A stretch of DNA of 58,014 nucleotides from NCBI GenBank assembly GCA_041498715.1, contig JBGQIW010000004.1, positions 1 to 58,014 of the forward strand. The letters are read 5' to 3'. A program made the translations under genes and the position numbers. Of the stretch, positions 8,996-23,287 are shown piece after piece. The notes under the pieces were generated by a model. That model did not search any database. It had not been told where the DNA came from and worked only from the letters and a program-made list of their open reading frames with translations. This DNA comes from Gemmatimonadota bacterium (GTDB lineage Bacteria; Gemmatimonadota; Gemmatimonadetes; Gemmatimonadales; GWC2-71-9). How positions within the stretch are numbered: the stretch's first letter is position 1; the number at the start of each line of letters is the position of its first letter.

Positions 8996-10453
8996 ATGGC
9001 GACTACCGTGAAGGCAGCTACAGTGCGCCGCTCGGCCCCGGCCGAGGTGAAGAAAGTGCTGGACCTGATCAAGCAGAAGAACATCCAGGTCGTGGACGTG
9101 AAGTTCGTGGACCTGCCGGGGACCTGGCAGCACTTCTCCATCCCGGCGGCCACGCTGGACGAGGACATGATCAAGGATGGCCTCGGCTTCGACGGCTCCT
9201 CGATCCGCGGCTTCCAGGCGATCAACGAGAGCGACATGCTGCTCATGCCGGACGCGTCGACGGCGTTCGTGGACCCGGTGCTCACCGTGCCCACGCTCTC
9301 GCTCACCTGCGACGTGTACGACCCGATCACGCTCGAGCCCTACTCGCGTGACCCCCGCTTCATCGCGTTCAAGGCCGAGGAGTATCTCAAGACCACCGGG
9401 ATCGCCACCGCGTCGTACTGGGGACCGGAGGCCGAGTTCTTCATCTTCAACTCGGTTCGGTTCGACCAGAACGCCCACGAGGGCTACTACCACATCGACA
9501 GCGAGGAAGGGATCTGGAACTCGGGCCGGAACAGCGCCCCGAACCTCGGCCACCGGCCGCGTCACAAGGAGGGCTACTTCCCGGTCCCGCCGGTGGACCG
9601 ACTTCAGGACGTGCGGTCGAAGATCATGCTCGCCATGATCGAAGCGGGAGTGCCGGTCGAGGTTCAGCACCACGAGGTGGGCACCGCCGGGCAGGCGGAG
9701 ATCGACATCAAGTTCGGTCCGTTGGTGCAGACGGCCGACCGGCTGATGATCTACAAGTACATCATCAAGAACGTCTGTCACAGCCTCGGCTTTACGGCGA
9801 CGTTCATGCCGAAGCCCCTGTTCGGCGACAACGGCTCGGGCATGCACTGCCATCAGTCGCTCTGGAAGGGCGACACCCCGCTCTTCTTCGATGCCAACGG
9901 ATACGCACTCATCTCGGAGACCGCCCGGTATTACATCGGCGGGCTCATCAAGCACGCGGCGGCGCTGCTCGCCATCTGCGCGCCGACCACCAACAGCTAT
10001 CGCCGCCTCGTCCCCGGCTTCGAGGCACCGGTGAACCTGATGTACTCGGCGCGGAACCGCTCGGCGATCTGCCGGATTCCGGTGTACTCCACCAACCCCA
10101 AGGCCAAGCGGGTCGAGTTCCGGGCGCCGGACCCGGCCGCCAACCCCTACCTGGCGTTCGCCGCGATGCTCATGGCCGGGCTGGACGGGATCAAGAACAA
10201 GATCGAGCCGCCAGCCCCGATCGACGAGGACCTCTATGAGATCGACGACGAGCGGAAGAAGCTCATCAAGCAGGTGCCCGGCACCCTGACCGAATCGCTG
10301 GACGCGCTCGAAAACGACCACGCGTTCCTGCTCGCCGGGGACGTGTTCACCCAGGATGTACTCGATGCCTGGCTGAGTCTCAAGCGGAAGGACGTCGCGG
10401 CGGTTACCCTGCGGCCCCATCCATATGAGTTCTTCATGTATTACGACGCGTAG
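8996..10453 (+). CDS. glnA: Glutamine synthetase type I (GSI-beta)
   Basis: [49 protein letters not shown]; the adenylylation-site Tyr is retained (DLYE). Confidence 0.97.
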   Translation: MATTVKAATVRRSAPAEVKKVLDLIKQKNIQVVDVKFVDLPGTWQHFSIPAATLDEDMIKDGLGFDGSSIRGFQAINESDMLLMPDASTAFVDPVLTVPTLSLTCDVYDPITLEPYSRDPRFIAFKAEEYLKTTGIATASYWGPEAEFFIFNSVRFDQNAHEGYYHIDSEEGIWNSGRNSAPNLGHRPRHKEGYFPVPPVDRLQDVRSKIMLAMIEAGVPVEVQHHEVGTAGQAEIDIKFGPLVQTADRLMIYKYIIKNVCHSLGFTATFMPKPLFGDNGSGMHCHQSLWKGDTPLFFDANGYALISETARYYIGGLIKHAAALLAICAPTTNSYRRLVPGFEAPVNLMYSARNRSAICRIPVYSTNPKAKRVEFRAPDPAANPYLAFAAMLMAGLDGIKNKIEPPAPIDEDLYEIDDERKKLIKQVPGTLTESLDALENDHAFLLAGDVFTQDVLDAWLSLKRKDVAAVTLRPHPYEFFMYYDA

Positions 10454-10469
10454 CGGAGCAGGAAGTCCA

Positions 10470-10506
10470 AGCGCCGGCGGCCGGTCCTCGACCGGTCGCC
10501 GGCGCT
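10470..10506. other. 17-bp GC-rich hairpin between glnA and glnK
   Basis: AGCGCCGGCGGCCGGTC-CTC-GACCGGTCGCCGGCGCT; no clear U tract. Confidence 0.55.
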
Positions 10507-10600
10507 GTACTGTCTTGCGGCGGGCGGGGCGATCCGCTAGCTCATAGTGGAGCGACAGCCGCCGGCCCCCCGAGACCGCCACCTTCACGGAGTTGGACGG

Positions 10601-10993
10601 ATGAAACTGATCACCTGCATCATTCGGCCCGAACGCCTCGCCGAGGTGAAGGCCGCGTTGTTCCGGGCCGGCGTCACCGGCATCTCCATCAGCCGCGTGA
10701 GCGGGCACGGCGGGGAGCGGGACCTCGTCGAGCACTACCGCGCGTCGTCGATCGTGCTCGAGTTCCGGGAAAAGGTGAAGATCGAGATGGCCGTGTCCGA
10801 GCCGTACGTGGAGCCCACCATCAACGCCATCCTCGCCTCGGCCCGGACCGGTGAGGTGGGAGACGGCAAGATCTTCGTACAGCCGCTCGAGCGCGTCATC
10901 CGCATCCGGACCGGCGAGTCGGACAACGCGGCCCTGACACCGGTCACGGCCGACGAGGTGCAGCGCAACGCGCTCGAGGCCGCCGGCAAGTAG
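10601..10993 (+). CDS. glnK: PII nitrogen regulatory protein (Thermus/Deinococcus-type GHGGE T-loop)
   Basis: [29 protein letters not shown]; 130 aa. Confidence 0.92.
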   Translation: MKLITCIIRPERLAEVKAALFRAGVTGISISRVSGHGGERDLVEHYRASSIVLEFREKVKIEMAVSEPYVEPTINAILASARTGEVGDGKIFVQPLERVIRIRTGESDNAALTPVTADEVQRNALEAAGK

Positions 10994-11049
10994 GCCGCCG
11001 GGGGACCGGTTCGCCCGGCGGCTTGGGTCCGTCGTATCTTCCCCTCCCT

Positions 11050-12723
11050 ATGACCACACGCAAGAGCGCCGCCATCACCGACGGGGTGCAGCGCACCCCC
11101 AACCGCGCCATGCTCCGTGCCGTGGGTTTCGGCGACGGAGACTTCGGCAAGCCCATCATCGGGATCGCGAACGGCTACAGCACGATCACGCCGTGCAACG
11201 CGGGCCTCGACGTGCTCGCGCGGCGGGCCGAAGCAGCGATACGTCAAGCCGGGGGCATGCCGCAGCTCTTCGGCACCATCACCGTGAGCGACGGCATCTC
11301 GATGGGGACGGAAGGCATGAAATATTCCCTTGTGTCCCGCGAAGTGATCGCGGACGCGATCGAGACCGCCTGCCAGGCGCAGAGCATGGACGGCGTGCTC
11401 GCCGTCGGCGGCTGCGACAAGAACATGCCGGGCGCCCTGATGGCCATGGCCCGGATGGACATCCCGGCCGTGTTCGTCTATGGCGGCACCATCAAGCCCG
11501 GTCACCTGGACGGACGGGACTTGACGATCGTGAGCGCGTTCGAGGCCGTGGGCGAGTTCAGCGCCGGCCGGATCGGGCGGGAGGAGCTGCTGGCCGTCGA
11601 GCGACACGCGTGCCCCGGGCAGGGCTCGTGCGGCGGGATGTACACGGCGAACACCATGTCGTCGGCGATCGAGGCGATGGGCATGAGTCTGCCGGGATCG
11701 TCCACCATGGCGGCCGAGGACGCGGAGAAGGGGGACAGCGCCGCCCGCTCGGCCGAGCTGCTGATGGAGGCGGTGCGGGCCGACCGCCGCCCCAGCCGGA
11801 TTCTCACCCGGCAGGCGCTCGAGAACGCCATCGCCGTCGTGATGGCCCTCGGCGGCTCGACCAACGCCGTCCTCCATCTCCTGGCCATCGCCCACGCCGC
11901 GCAGGTGCCACTCACGCTCGACGACTTCGAGACCATCCGGGCCCGCGTGCCCGTGCTGGCGGAGCTCAAGCCGTCCGGCCGGTTCGTCGCGACCGACCTT
12001 CACCGGGCCGGTGGCGTGCCCCAGGTGATGAAGATGCTGCTGGCCCACGGACGACTCCACGGCGAGGCGCTCACCATCACCGGCGAGACCGTGGCGGAGG
12101 CGCTTCAGGACGTGCCGGACGCGCCTCCCGCAGGACAGGAGGTCATCCGTCCCTGGAGCCGGCCGGTCTACCCCGAGGGTCACCTTGCGATCCTGCGCGG
12201 CAACCTGGCGACCGAGGGCGCGGTGGCCAAGATCACCGGGATCAAGACGCACCAGATGACCGGCCCGGCGCGCGTCTTCGAGTCGGAAGAGACGTGCCTC
12301 GAGGCGATCCTCGCCGGCGGCATCCGCCCGGGGGACGTGATCGTGATCCGGTACGAGGGTCCCAAGGGTGGCCCCGGGATGCGGGAGATGCTCGCGCCGA
12401 CGTCGGCGATCATCGGCGCCGGGCTGGGCGACTCGGTCGGCCTGATCACCGACGGCCGCTTCTCCGGAGGCACCTACGGCATGGTGGTGGGCCACGTCGC
12501 ACCCGAGGCGGCGGTGGGCGGCGGGATCGCGCTGGTGGAGGAGGGCGATTCGATCACGATCGACGCCGACCGGCGCCTCCTCCAGCTCGATGTGCCGGAC
12601 GACGTGCTCGCCCGTCGCCGCGCGGCCTGGCGACCGCGGCCGCCACGCTATACGACGGGTGTGCTCCACAAGTATGCCAAGCTCGTCTCCAGCGCGAGCC
12701 TCGGCGCCGTAACCGACCTCTGA
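11050..12723 (+). CDS. ilvD: Dihydroxy-acid dehydratase
   Basis: [53 protein letters not shown]. Confidence 0.96.
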   Translation: MTTRKSAAITDGVQRTPNRAMLRAVGFGDGDFGKPIIGIANGYSTITPCNAGLDVLARRAEAAIRQAGGMPQLFGTITVSDGISMGTEGMKYSLVSREVIADAIETACQAQSMDGVLAVGGCDKNMPGALMAMARMDIPAVFVYGGTIKPGHLDGRDLTIVSAFEAVGEFSAGRIGREELLAVERHACPGQGSCGGMYTANTMSSAIEAMGMSLPGSSTMAAEDAEKGDSAARSAELLMEAVRADRRPSRILTRQALENAIAVVMALGGSTNAVLHLLAIAHAAQVPLTLDDFETIRARVPVLAELKPSGRFVATDLHRAGGVPQVMKMLLAHGRLHGEALTITGETVAEALQDVPDAPPAGQEVIRPWSRPVYPEGHLAILRGNLATEGAVAKITGIKTHQMTGPARVFESEETCLEAILAGGIRPGDVIVIRYEGPKGGPGMREMLAPTSAIIGAGLGDSVGLITDGRFSGGTYGMVVGHVAPEAAVGGGIALVEEGDSITIDADRRLLQLDVPDDVLARRRAAWRPRPPRYTTGVLHKYAKLVSSASLGAVTDL

Positions 12724-12746
12724 CGCTTCTTTCCAGGAACCCGCTC

Positions 12747-14783
<2,037 letters not shown>

Positions 14784-14786
14784 CGC

Positions 14787-16504
<1,718 letters not shown>

Positions 16505-16550
16505 GCGTCTCCCCAATACCAACCTGGTGAGCGGTGCGAAGAAGGGGGGA

Positions 16551-16626
16551 GTGAGAAGCAAGAGATAGAAAGGGAGGCCGGGGAGGAGGTTCCGTCCTGC
16601 ACCTTCGCTACCTCTTGGCTTCTCAC
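16551..16626. repeat. Imperfect inverted repeat between leuC and leuD
   Basis: GTGAGAAGCAAGAGATAGAAAGG (16551-16573) versus the reverse complement of 16602-16626, GTGAGAAGCCAAGAGGTAGCGAAGG. Confidence 0.65.
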
Positions 16627-18038
16627 TTCGCGCCGGGCAGATAGTCCCGGACGTCCACCAGCCGCCCGGCGATGGCCGCAGCCGCGGCCATGGTCGGGCT
16701 CATCAGATGGGTCCGCCCGCCTTTGCCCTGCCGCCCCTCGAAGTTCCGGTTCGAGGTCGAGGCGCAGCGCTCGCCGCTCCCGAGAATGTCGTCGTTCATG
16801 CCGAGGCACATCGAGCAGCCGGCGTTGCGCCACTCGAAGCCCGCGTCGCGAAACACGCGGTCCAGACCCTCGGCCTCCGCCGCGGCCTTCACCCGCATCG
16901 AGCCGGGCACGACCATCGCCCGCACGCCGCTCGCCACCCGGCGGCCCCGGACCACGGCGGCCGCCGCGCGGAGATCCTCGATCCGGGCGTTGGTGCAGGA
17001 GCCCAGAAACACACGGTCCACCGGTACGCCCTGGAGCGGCGTTCCCGGCGCGAGCCCCATGTACTCGAGCGCCCGCGCCGCCGCGCGCCGGTCGCTGTCC
17101 CGCTCGTAGCCCCCGGGATCGGGCACCCTGGCGGTGATGTCGGCGACCATGCCCGGGTTGGTCCCCCAAGTGACCTGCGGCGCCAACGCCGCCGTGTCGA
17201 CCACGACCTCGCGGTCGTACACGGCGCCCGCATCGCTCGCGAGGTTGCGCCAGCCCGCGACCGCGGCGTCCCAGGCGCGGCCCGAGGGTGCGCGGGGCCG
17301 GCCGGCGAGATACGCGAACGTGGTCTCGTCCGGCCCGATCATGCCCGCCCGCGCGCCTGCCTCGATCGACATGTTGCAGATCGTCATCCGACCTTCCATC
17401 GAGAGCGCCCGGATCGCCTCGCCGGTGTACTCGATGACGTAGCCGGACGCGCCGTCCGTGCCGATTCGCCCGATCAGCGCGAGAATGAAATCCTTGGGCG
17501 TCACCCCGGCGGCGGGCCGGCCGGTGAAGCGGACCTCCATGGTCTTCGGGCGGGCCTGGACCAGGCACTGGGTGGCGAGCACATGCTCCACCTCGCTCGT
17601 GCCGATCCCGAAGGCCAACGCGCCGAACGCCCCATGGGTGGACGTGTGCGAGTCGCCGCAAACGATCGACATGCCCGGCTGGGTGGCGCCCAGCTCCGGG
17701 CTGATCACGTGCACGATCCCCTGCCCCGGCGAGTCCAGCCCGAACAGCTCGACCGCGAACTCGCGGGCGTTCGCCTCCAGCACGCTCACCTGTTTGGCGG
17801 CGACGGGATCGGCGATCGGGAGGCGGCGATCGCCGGTGGGCACGTTGTGGTCCACCGTGGCCAACGTGCGTTCCGGACGGCGCACCTGCCGTCCGGCCAG
17901 GCGGAGTCCGTCGAAGGCCTGGGGTGACGTCACCTCGTGTACGAGATGAAGATCCACGTACAGGAGCGCCGGCCCGTCGGCCGGCTGGTGCACGACGTGG
18001 CTCGCCCAGACCTTTTCGAACAGCGTGCGGGGCGCCAT
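16623..18038 (-). CDS. leuC: 3-isopropylmalate dehydratase large subunit
   Basis: [54 protein letters not shown]. Confidence 0.97.
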   Translation of the reverse strand: MAPRTLFEKVWASHVVHQPADGPALLYVDLHLVHEVTSPQAFDGLRLAGRQVRRPERTLATVDHNVPTGDRRLPIADPVAAKQVSVLEANAREFAVELFGLDSPGQGIVHVISPELGATQPGMSIVCGDSHTSTHGAFGALAFGIGTSEVEHVLATQCLVQARPKTMEVRFTGRPAAGVTPKDFILALIGRIGTDGASGYVIEYTGEAIRALSMEGRMTICNMSIEAGARAGMIGPDETTFAYLAGRPRAPSGRAWDAAVAGWRNLASDAGAVYDREVVVDTAALAPQVTWGTNPGMVADITARVPDPGGYERDSDRRAAARALEYMGLAPGTPLQGVPVDRVFLGSCTNARIEDLRAAAAVVRGRRVASGVRAMVVPGSMRVKAAAEAEGLDRVFRDAGFEWRNAGCSMCLGMNDDILGSGERCASTSNRNFEGRQGKGGRTHLMSPTMAAAAAIAGRLVDVRDYLPGAK

Positions 18039-18041
18039 CGG

Positions 18042-19127
18042 CTACCCGGCGACCGGCGCAGGCGCGGCCGGGCGGGCGTCGGCCGGGTCCCGCCGGCCCG
18101 GGCCGGTCCCGCGCTCCTGCCCGCCCGCGCCTTCCTCGGACCAGGGCATCATCGCCCGGAGCTTGCGACCGACCTGCTCGATGGGATGATCGTGGTCAAT
18201 CTGTCGCATGCGCTCGAAGTTGGGCCGGCCCGCCCTGTTCTCACCCAGCCACTCCTTCGCAAAGCGCCCGTCCTGGATCTCCTTCAGGATGCGCTGCATC
18301 TCCGCCCGGGTCTCCGCGGTGATGAGCCGTGGTCCGCGGGTGTAGTCGCCGTACTCGGCGGTATCGCTGATGGAGTAGCGCATGAAGCCGAGCCCGCCGC
18401 GGTACATGAGATCGACGATGAGCTTGAGCTCGTGCAGGCACTCGAAGTAAGCCATCTCCGGGGAGTAGCCCGCGGCGACGAGGGTCTCGAACCCGGCTTT
18501 CACCAGCGCGGTCGTGCCGCCGCACAGGACGGCCTGCTCCCCGAAGAGGTCGGTCTCGGTCTCCTCGCGGAATGAGGTCTGGAGCACACCGGCTCGGGTG
18601 CAGCCGATCCCGGCGGCATAGGCCAGGGCGTTGCCCAGCGCCTCGCCGCTCGCATCCTGATGCACCGCCACCAGCGCCGGCACCCCCCGTCCGGCCTCGA
18701 ACTCGCTCCGCACCAGATGGCCGGGCGACTTGGGGGCCACCATCGAGACGTCCACGCCCTTGGGGGGCGCGATTTCGCCGTAGTGGATGTTGAAGCCGTG
18801 CGCGAACATCAGAGCCTTGCCGGGCGTGAGCCCCGCCGCGACGCCCGACTCGTAGATCGCGCGGCCGTCCTGATCCGGCACCAGCATCATGATCACATCC
18901 GCCGCTTTCGCCGTCTCGGCGACCGGCCTCACGTCGAGACCGGCGGCGGCGGCCCTGGCCCACGAGGCACCGCCGGGCCGGAGCCCGACCACCACGCTCG
19001 CGCCGCTGTCCCGCAGGTTCAGCGCGTGGGCATGGCCCTGGCTGCCGAAACCGATGATGCCGAACGTCCGGCCCAGCAGGCGAGAGCGATCGGCGTCGAG
19101 GTCGTAGAACACCTGGGGGGTCGCCAT
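18042..19127 (-). CDS. ilvC: Ketol-acid reductoisomerase
   Basis: [46 protein letters not shown]. Confidence 0.96.
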   Translation of the reverse strand: MATPQVFYDLDADRSRLLGRTFGIIGFGSQGHAHALNLRDSGASVVVGLRPGGASWARAAAAGLDVRPVAETAKAADVIMMLVPDQDGRAIYESGVAAGLTPGKALMFAHGFNIHYGEIAPPKGVDVSMVAPKSPGHLVRSEFEAGRGVPALVAVHQDASGEALGNALAYAAGIGCTRAGVLQTSFREETETDLFGEQAVLCGGTTALVKAGFETLVAAGYSPEMAYFECLHELKLIVDLMYRGGLGFMRYSISDTAEYGDYTRGPRLITAETRAEMQRILKEIQDGRFAKEWLGENRAGRPNFERMRQIDHDHPIEQVGRKLRAMMPWSEEGAGGQERGTGPGRRDPADARPAAPAPVAG

Positions 19128-19128
19128 G

Positions 19129-19647
19129 TCAGACGGTCTCCGACGTGAGTGTGAGCTGGGCGGTGGCCGGCGCCCGCTCGAGCGCCACCGAGCCGCTGCG
19201 CGCCACGTCCAGCACGTCGAAGCGCTCCAGCGCACGGAGGAAGGACAGGACGAACGCCTCGGGGCCGCTGACCTCCAGGATCACGGCCTCGGGGGACTCG
19301 TCCACGATGGCGGCCTTGTAGAGCAACGCGACGTCCAGCAGCTCGGCGTAGCGCGCCTCGCCCGGCCGCACCTTCACCAGCGCCAGCTCGCGGGTCACGC
19401 CGTCGCGCGAGGGGAACGCGGCGACCTCCCGCACGCCGACCACCTTGTCCAACTGCTTTGCCGTCCGGTCCGCCGTCGCCTGGTCCGTCTGCATCATGAT
19501 CGTCAGCCTCGCGAGTCCCGGCGAGGCACTCGGCCCCACCGCGATGCTCTTGATGGAAAGGTTGCGCCGCCGGAGCATTCCGAAGGCGCGGTTCAGGGTG
19601 ACCAGCTCGTGCTGCAACAGCACCGACAGCGTATGGCTGCCGCTCAT
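19129..19647 (-). CDS. ilvN: Acetolactate synthase small (regulatory ACT) subunit
   Basis: ACT fold, [21 protein letters not shown]; lies between ilvB and ilvC. Confidence 0.88.
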   Translation of the reverse strand: MSGSHTLSVLLQHELVTLNRAFGMLRRRNLSIKSIAVGPSASPGLARLTIMMQTDQATADRTAKQLDKVVGVREVAAFPSRDGVTRELALVKVRPGEARYAELLDVALLYKAAIVDESPEAVILEVSGPEAFVLSFLRALERFDVLDVARSGSVALERAPATAQLTLTSETV

Positions 19648-21341
19648 GCCGGCACCAGCGGCGCCGGCTCACCTTCGATGGGCTCCGAGAGCGACGCGCC
19701 CGGCGGGATCATCGGGAAGACGTTGGCTTCCTGCTCGATGACGAACTCCACCAGCGCGGGACCCGGCACGTCCATCGCCGCCCGCACCGCGTCTGCGGTG
19801 CGGTTGGCCTCCGCCACGCGCCAGCCGGGCACCCCGTAGGCCTCGGCCAGCTTCACGTAGTCGGGGCTCCAGATCGGCGTGGCGGAGTAGCGGCGGCCGT
19901 GGAAGAACTGCTGCCACTGCCGCACCATGCCGAGGTAGCCGTTGTTGAAGATCGCCATCTTCACCGGGATCCGCTCCTGCACCATCGTGGCGATCTCCTG
20001 CATGTTCATCTGAAAGCCGCCGTCGCCGGAGATGGCCCAGACCGGCTCGTCCGGCCGCGCCAGCCGCACTCCCATCGCCGCGGGCACCGCGAACCCCATG
20101 GTGCCCAGCCCGCCGGACGTGATGTGAGTGTTGGGCCGCTCGTAGGGGAAGAGCTTCGCCACCCACATCTGATGCTGGCCCACGTCGGAAACGATGGTGC
20201 AGTGCCCGCCCGTCACCTCGTGCAGGGTGCGGAGGATGCCCTCGGGCGAGAGATCACCCCGGTAGTGCTCCGTCCGCAGCTTGGTGAAACCTTCGATCTC
20301 GCCCCGCCAGGCGTCGCACTCCCGCGGCCGCACCAGCGGAAGCAGCCGGCCGAGGATCTCCCGGCAGTCCCCGACCAGGCCCAGCGCCGTCGGCACGTTC
20401 TTGCCGATCTCGGAGGCATCCAGCTCGATGTGGACGATCGTGGCCCGCGGCGCGAAGGCAGCCGTATTGCCGGTCACCCGGTCGTCGAACCTGAGGCCGA
20501 TGCCGACGATGAGGTCGGCGTGCTGGATGGCCCGGTTCACGTGCACCTCGCCGTGCATGCCGGGCATGCCGAGGTGCAGCGGGTGCGATTCGGGGAATCC
20601 GCTGATGCCGAGCAACGTCGTGATCACGGGCATCCCGGTGCGCTCGGCCAGGCAGCGGAGCTCGTCGTATGCGCCGGCCAGCAGCACTCCGTGCCCCGCC
20701 ATGATCAGCGGGCGGCTGGCCTCCCCGATCAGCCGGGCCGCGTGGGCCAGCTCGGCGTCCGGGCCGGCGGGCGAGGGCGCCGCCCGCGGGCGCCTTGACG
20801 CGGCCGGCTGGGCCGCCGGCGTGTAGGTGATCTTCTGGTTCTGCACGTCCTTCGGTACGTCCACCAGCACGGGCCCCGGCCGTCCCTCCTGGGCAATCGC
20901 GAGCGCGTCGCGGAGCGCGCCCGCGAGCAGGGTGACGTCCTCAACCAGCACGTTGTGCTTGGTGATCGGCTGGGTGATGCCGATGATGTCCGTCTCCTGG
21001 AAGGCGTCCCGGCCGATCATGTTGCGGGAGACTTGGCCCGTGATGGCGACCACCGGCGTGCTGTCCATGTGCGCGGTGGCCAGGCCGGTCACGAGATTGG
21101 TGGCGCCGGGTCCCGACGTCGCCACGCACACGCCCGGACGGCCGCTGGCACGGGCGTAGCCATCGGCGGCGTGCGCGGCGGCCTGCTCGTGCCGCACGAG
21201 GACGTGGCGGAGGGCCGGGTACTCGGGCAGCGCGTGGTAGAAGGGCATGATGGCCCCGCCGGGGTAGCCGAACATCAGGTCCACGCCCTGCTCCAACAGG
21301 ACACGGCACATGAGCTGGGCGCCCGTCAGGGTCTCCGTCAT
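19644..21341 (-). CDS. ilvB: Acetolactate synthase large subunit
   Basis: FGYPGGAIM, RHEQAAAHAADGYAR, TPP motif GDGGFQMN...NN, GMVRQWQ. Confidence 0.96.
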   Translation of the reverse strand: MTETLTGAQLMCRVLLEQGVDLMFGYPGGAIMPFYHALPEYPALRHVLVRHEQAAAHAADGYARASGRPGVCVATSGPGATNLVTGLATAHMDSTPVVAITGQVSRNMIGRDAFQETDIIGITQPITKHNVLVEDVTLLAGALRDALAIAQEGRPGPVLVDVPKDVQNQKITYTPAAQPAASRRPRAAPSPAGPDAELAHAARLIGEASRPLIMAGHGVLLAGAYDELRCLAERTGMPVITTLLGISGFPESHPLHLGMPGMHGEVHVNRAIQHADLIVGIGLRFDDRVTGNTAAFAPRATIVHIELDASEIGKNVPTALGLVGDCREILGRLLPLVRPRECDAWRGEIEGFTKLRTEHYRGDLSPEGILRTLHEVTGGHCTIVSDVGQHQMWVAKLFPYERPNTHITSGGLGTMGFAVPAAMGVRLARPDEPVWAISGDGGFQMNMQEIATMVQERIPVKMAIFNNGYLGMVRQWQQFFHGRRYSATPIWSPDYVKLAEAYGVPGWRVAEANRTADAVRAAMDVPGPALVEFVIEQEANVFPMIPPGASLSEPIEGEPAPLVPA

Positions 21342-21367
21342 CTCCCGGCCGCCCGGTGCGAAACCGC

Positions 21368-21451
21368 GTAAACAGTGAAGAATGAACAGTGAACGGGGGA
21401 CTCCGCTGCTCCATGGAGCTCCCGGTTCATTGTTGACCGTTCACTGTTCAC
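21368..21451. repeat. Inverted arrays of 4+4 heptamers (consensus GTGAACA/G) between leuA and ilvB
   Basis: GTAAACA GTGAAGA ATGAACA GTGAACG ... GGTTCAT TGTTGAC CGTTCAC TGTTCAC. Confidence 0.8.
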
Positions 21452-21465
21452 GCTGTTCCCCGGCA

Positions 21466-23016
21466 TCACACCCCCCACAGATAGCTCGCGTTCAGGGCGC
21501 TCGCTTCCAGGCGGTCGGCATGGCGCGACTTGTTGAGCGCGTGGATCAGCGCCCGGGCGCTGGCCTCCACGATGTCGGTGGAGGCGCCCTGCCCGCTCAG
21601 CGACTTTCCGTCCACCCGCGCCTGGAGGAACACCTGCCCCACGCTGTCCTTGCCCGGCGTGACCGACCGGAGCTGCAGGCCGATGACTTCGACCTGGCGG
21701 CGAAGAATCTCGCTGATCGCGGTGAACGCCGCCGCGATGGGTCCGTCGCCGCTGCCCCGGGCGGTCCGCTCGCCGCTCCAGGGCCCCGTCAGCCGGACGG
21801 TCGCGCTGGCCGGGACGTTGCCGCAGACGACCTCGAGATGGGTCAGCTGATACTCCTCGGGCGCGTCGTGGAACGAGTCGTGGAGCAACGCGAGCAGATC
21901 CTCGTCGAGGATCGCGCGCTTGCGGTCGGCGAGCGTGGTGAACCGCTGGTAAATCTCGCCCAGCTTTTCCGGGTCCAACTCGTAGCCGAGCTCGCGGAAG
22001 CGCTGCTCCAGGGCGTGCCGGCCCGAGTGCTTGCCGAGAACCAGGGTGGACTTGGGGATGCCGACCGTCTCCGGCCGCATGATCTCGTAGGTCTCGCCGT
22101 TCCGCAGCATCCCGTGCTGATGGATGCCGGACTCGTGGGCGAACGCGTTCCGGCCGACGACCGCCTTGTTGGGCTGGGGGAAGACCCCGGTGAGGTAGGA
22201 GAGCAGCTGGCTGGTGCGGTAGATCTCCTGGGTCACGATGTTGGTGCGAAAGCCGAGCTGGGGCCGCACGACCGCGGCCATGACCAGCTCCTCCAGCGCG
22301 GCGTTGCCCGCCCGCTCACCAATGCCGTTCACCGTGCATTCCACCTGGCCGGCCCCCGCCTGGATCGCCGCGATCGAGTTGGCGACGGCGAGGCCCAGAT
22401 CGTCGTGGCAGTGGGCGCTGAAGGTCACGCGGTCCCCGCCCGGCACCCGCTCCCGCACCGAGTGGAACATCGCGGCGTACTCCGGCGGCAGCGCGAAGCC
22501 GACGGTGTCAGGCAGGTTGATCGTGGTCGCGCCCTCGGCGATCGCGAGCTCCACCACCCGGCACAGGAAGTCGGGATCGGTGCGGCTGGCGTCCTCGGCG
22601 GAGAACTCGACATCGTCCGTGAACGACCGGGCCCGGCGGACGCCCTGGCGGGCCATCTCCAGCGCCTCCTCGCGGTCGATCCGGAGTTTTTCCCGGAGAT
22701 GCAGGTCGGAGGTGGAGAGGAACACGTGGATCCGCGAGCGTCCGGCTGCGCGCAGCGCCTCGCCCGCGAGATCGATGTCCCGCTCCACGCACCGGGCCAG
22801 CGCGGCGACGACCGGCCGGCGTACCTCGCTCGCGATGTCGCGGACGCTGCGGAAATCCCCGTCGGACGCCGCCGGGAAGCCGGCCTCGATCACGTCCACG
22901 CCGAGCGCGTCGAGCTGGCGGGCGAGCCGGAGCTTCTCCTCGGCGCTCAGGCTGTTGCCGGGGGCCTGCTCTCCGTCCCGGAGGGTCGTGTCGAAGACGA
23001 TCACGTCGCTTGCCAT
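21466..23016 (-). CDS. leuA: 2-isopropylmalate synthase
   Basis: FDTTLRDGEQ, HCHDDLGLA, NGIGERAGNA, HESGIHQ, C-terminal regulatory domain. Confidence 0.96.
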   Translation of the reverse strand: MASDVIVFDTTLRDGEQAPGNSLSAEEKLRLARQLDALGVDVIEAGFPAASDGDFRSVRDIASEVRRPVVAALARCVERDIDLAGEALRAAGRSRIHVFLSTSDLHLREKLRIDREEALEMARQGVRRARSFTDDVEFSAEDASRTDPDFLCRVVELAIAEGATTINLPDTVGFALPPEYAAMFHSVRERVPGGDRVTFSAHCHDDLGLAVANSIAAIQAGAGQVECTVNGIGERAGNAALEELVMAAVVRPQLGFRTNIVTQEIYRTSQLLSYLTGVFPQPNKAVVGRNAFAHESGIHQHGMLRNGETYEIMRPETVGIPKSTLVLGKHSGRHALEQRFRELGYELDPEKLGEIYQRFTTLADRKRAILDEDLLALLHDSFHDAPEEYQLTHLEVVCGNVPASATVRLTGPWSGERTARGSGDGPIAAAFTAISEILRRQVEVIGLQLRSVTPGKDSVGQVFLQARVDGKSLSGQGASTDIVEASARALIHALNKSRHADRLEASALNASYLWGV

Positions 23017-23042
23017 GGGAACTCCGTCCGCCATTGATGCCT

Positions 23043-23081
23043 GAAACGCGAAGCGCCGCGAACCCGGAGGTCCGCGGCGCT
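23043..23081 (-). terminator. leu-ilv attenuator terminator
   Basis: Stem AGCGCCGCGG/UCGCGGCGCU followed by UCGCGUUUC. Confidence 0.7.
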
Positions 23082-23105
23082 GGGTTGATTCGTCTGAGAC
23101 GCTGC

Positions 23106-23198
23106 TTACACTGTCTCGCCCGGCACGCCGCGGATCCCCTGCCCGATAAGCACGAGCAGAAGGCTGAGGCCGACGATAAGGACGAGCTGCTGGGTCAT
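23106..23198 (-). CDS. leu/ilv leader peptide MTQQLVLIVGLSLLLVLIGQGIRGVPGETV (30 aa)
   Basis: 7 Leu, 5 Val and 3 Ile codons; lies between a promoter and a terminator; UCCGCGGCG within it can pair with the terminator 5' arm. Confidence 0.85.
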   Translation of the reverse strand: MTQQLVLIVGLSLLLVLIGQGIRGVPGETV

Positions 23199-23243
23199 TA
23201 CGATGAGTCTCTCGGTGCCGATTGTTTATACCACCGAGTGACA

Positions 23244-23272
23244 AGCCTACGCAAGGCGATTCCGGCCGTCAA
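23244..23272 (-). promoter_or_regulatory. Sigma70 promoter of the leuA-ilvBNC-leuCDB operon
   Basis: TTGACG-N17-TAGGCT. Confidence 0.75.
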
Positions 23273-23287
23273 GGGGCGTCGCCCCCC

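Noticed and set aside
11193-12746. Apparent 1196-aa protein overlapping ilvD
   Set aside because: The upstream part is an off-frame shadow of ilvD; the peptidase starts at its signal peptide at 12747.
21368-21451. CRISPR array or IS ends
   Set aside because: The 7-nt units have no spacers, and no cas or transposase genes are present.
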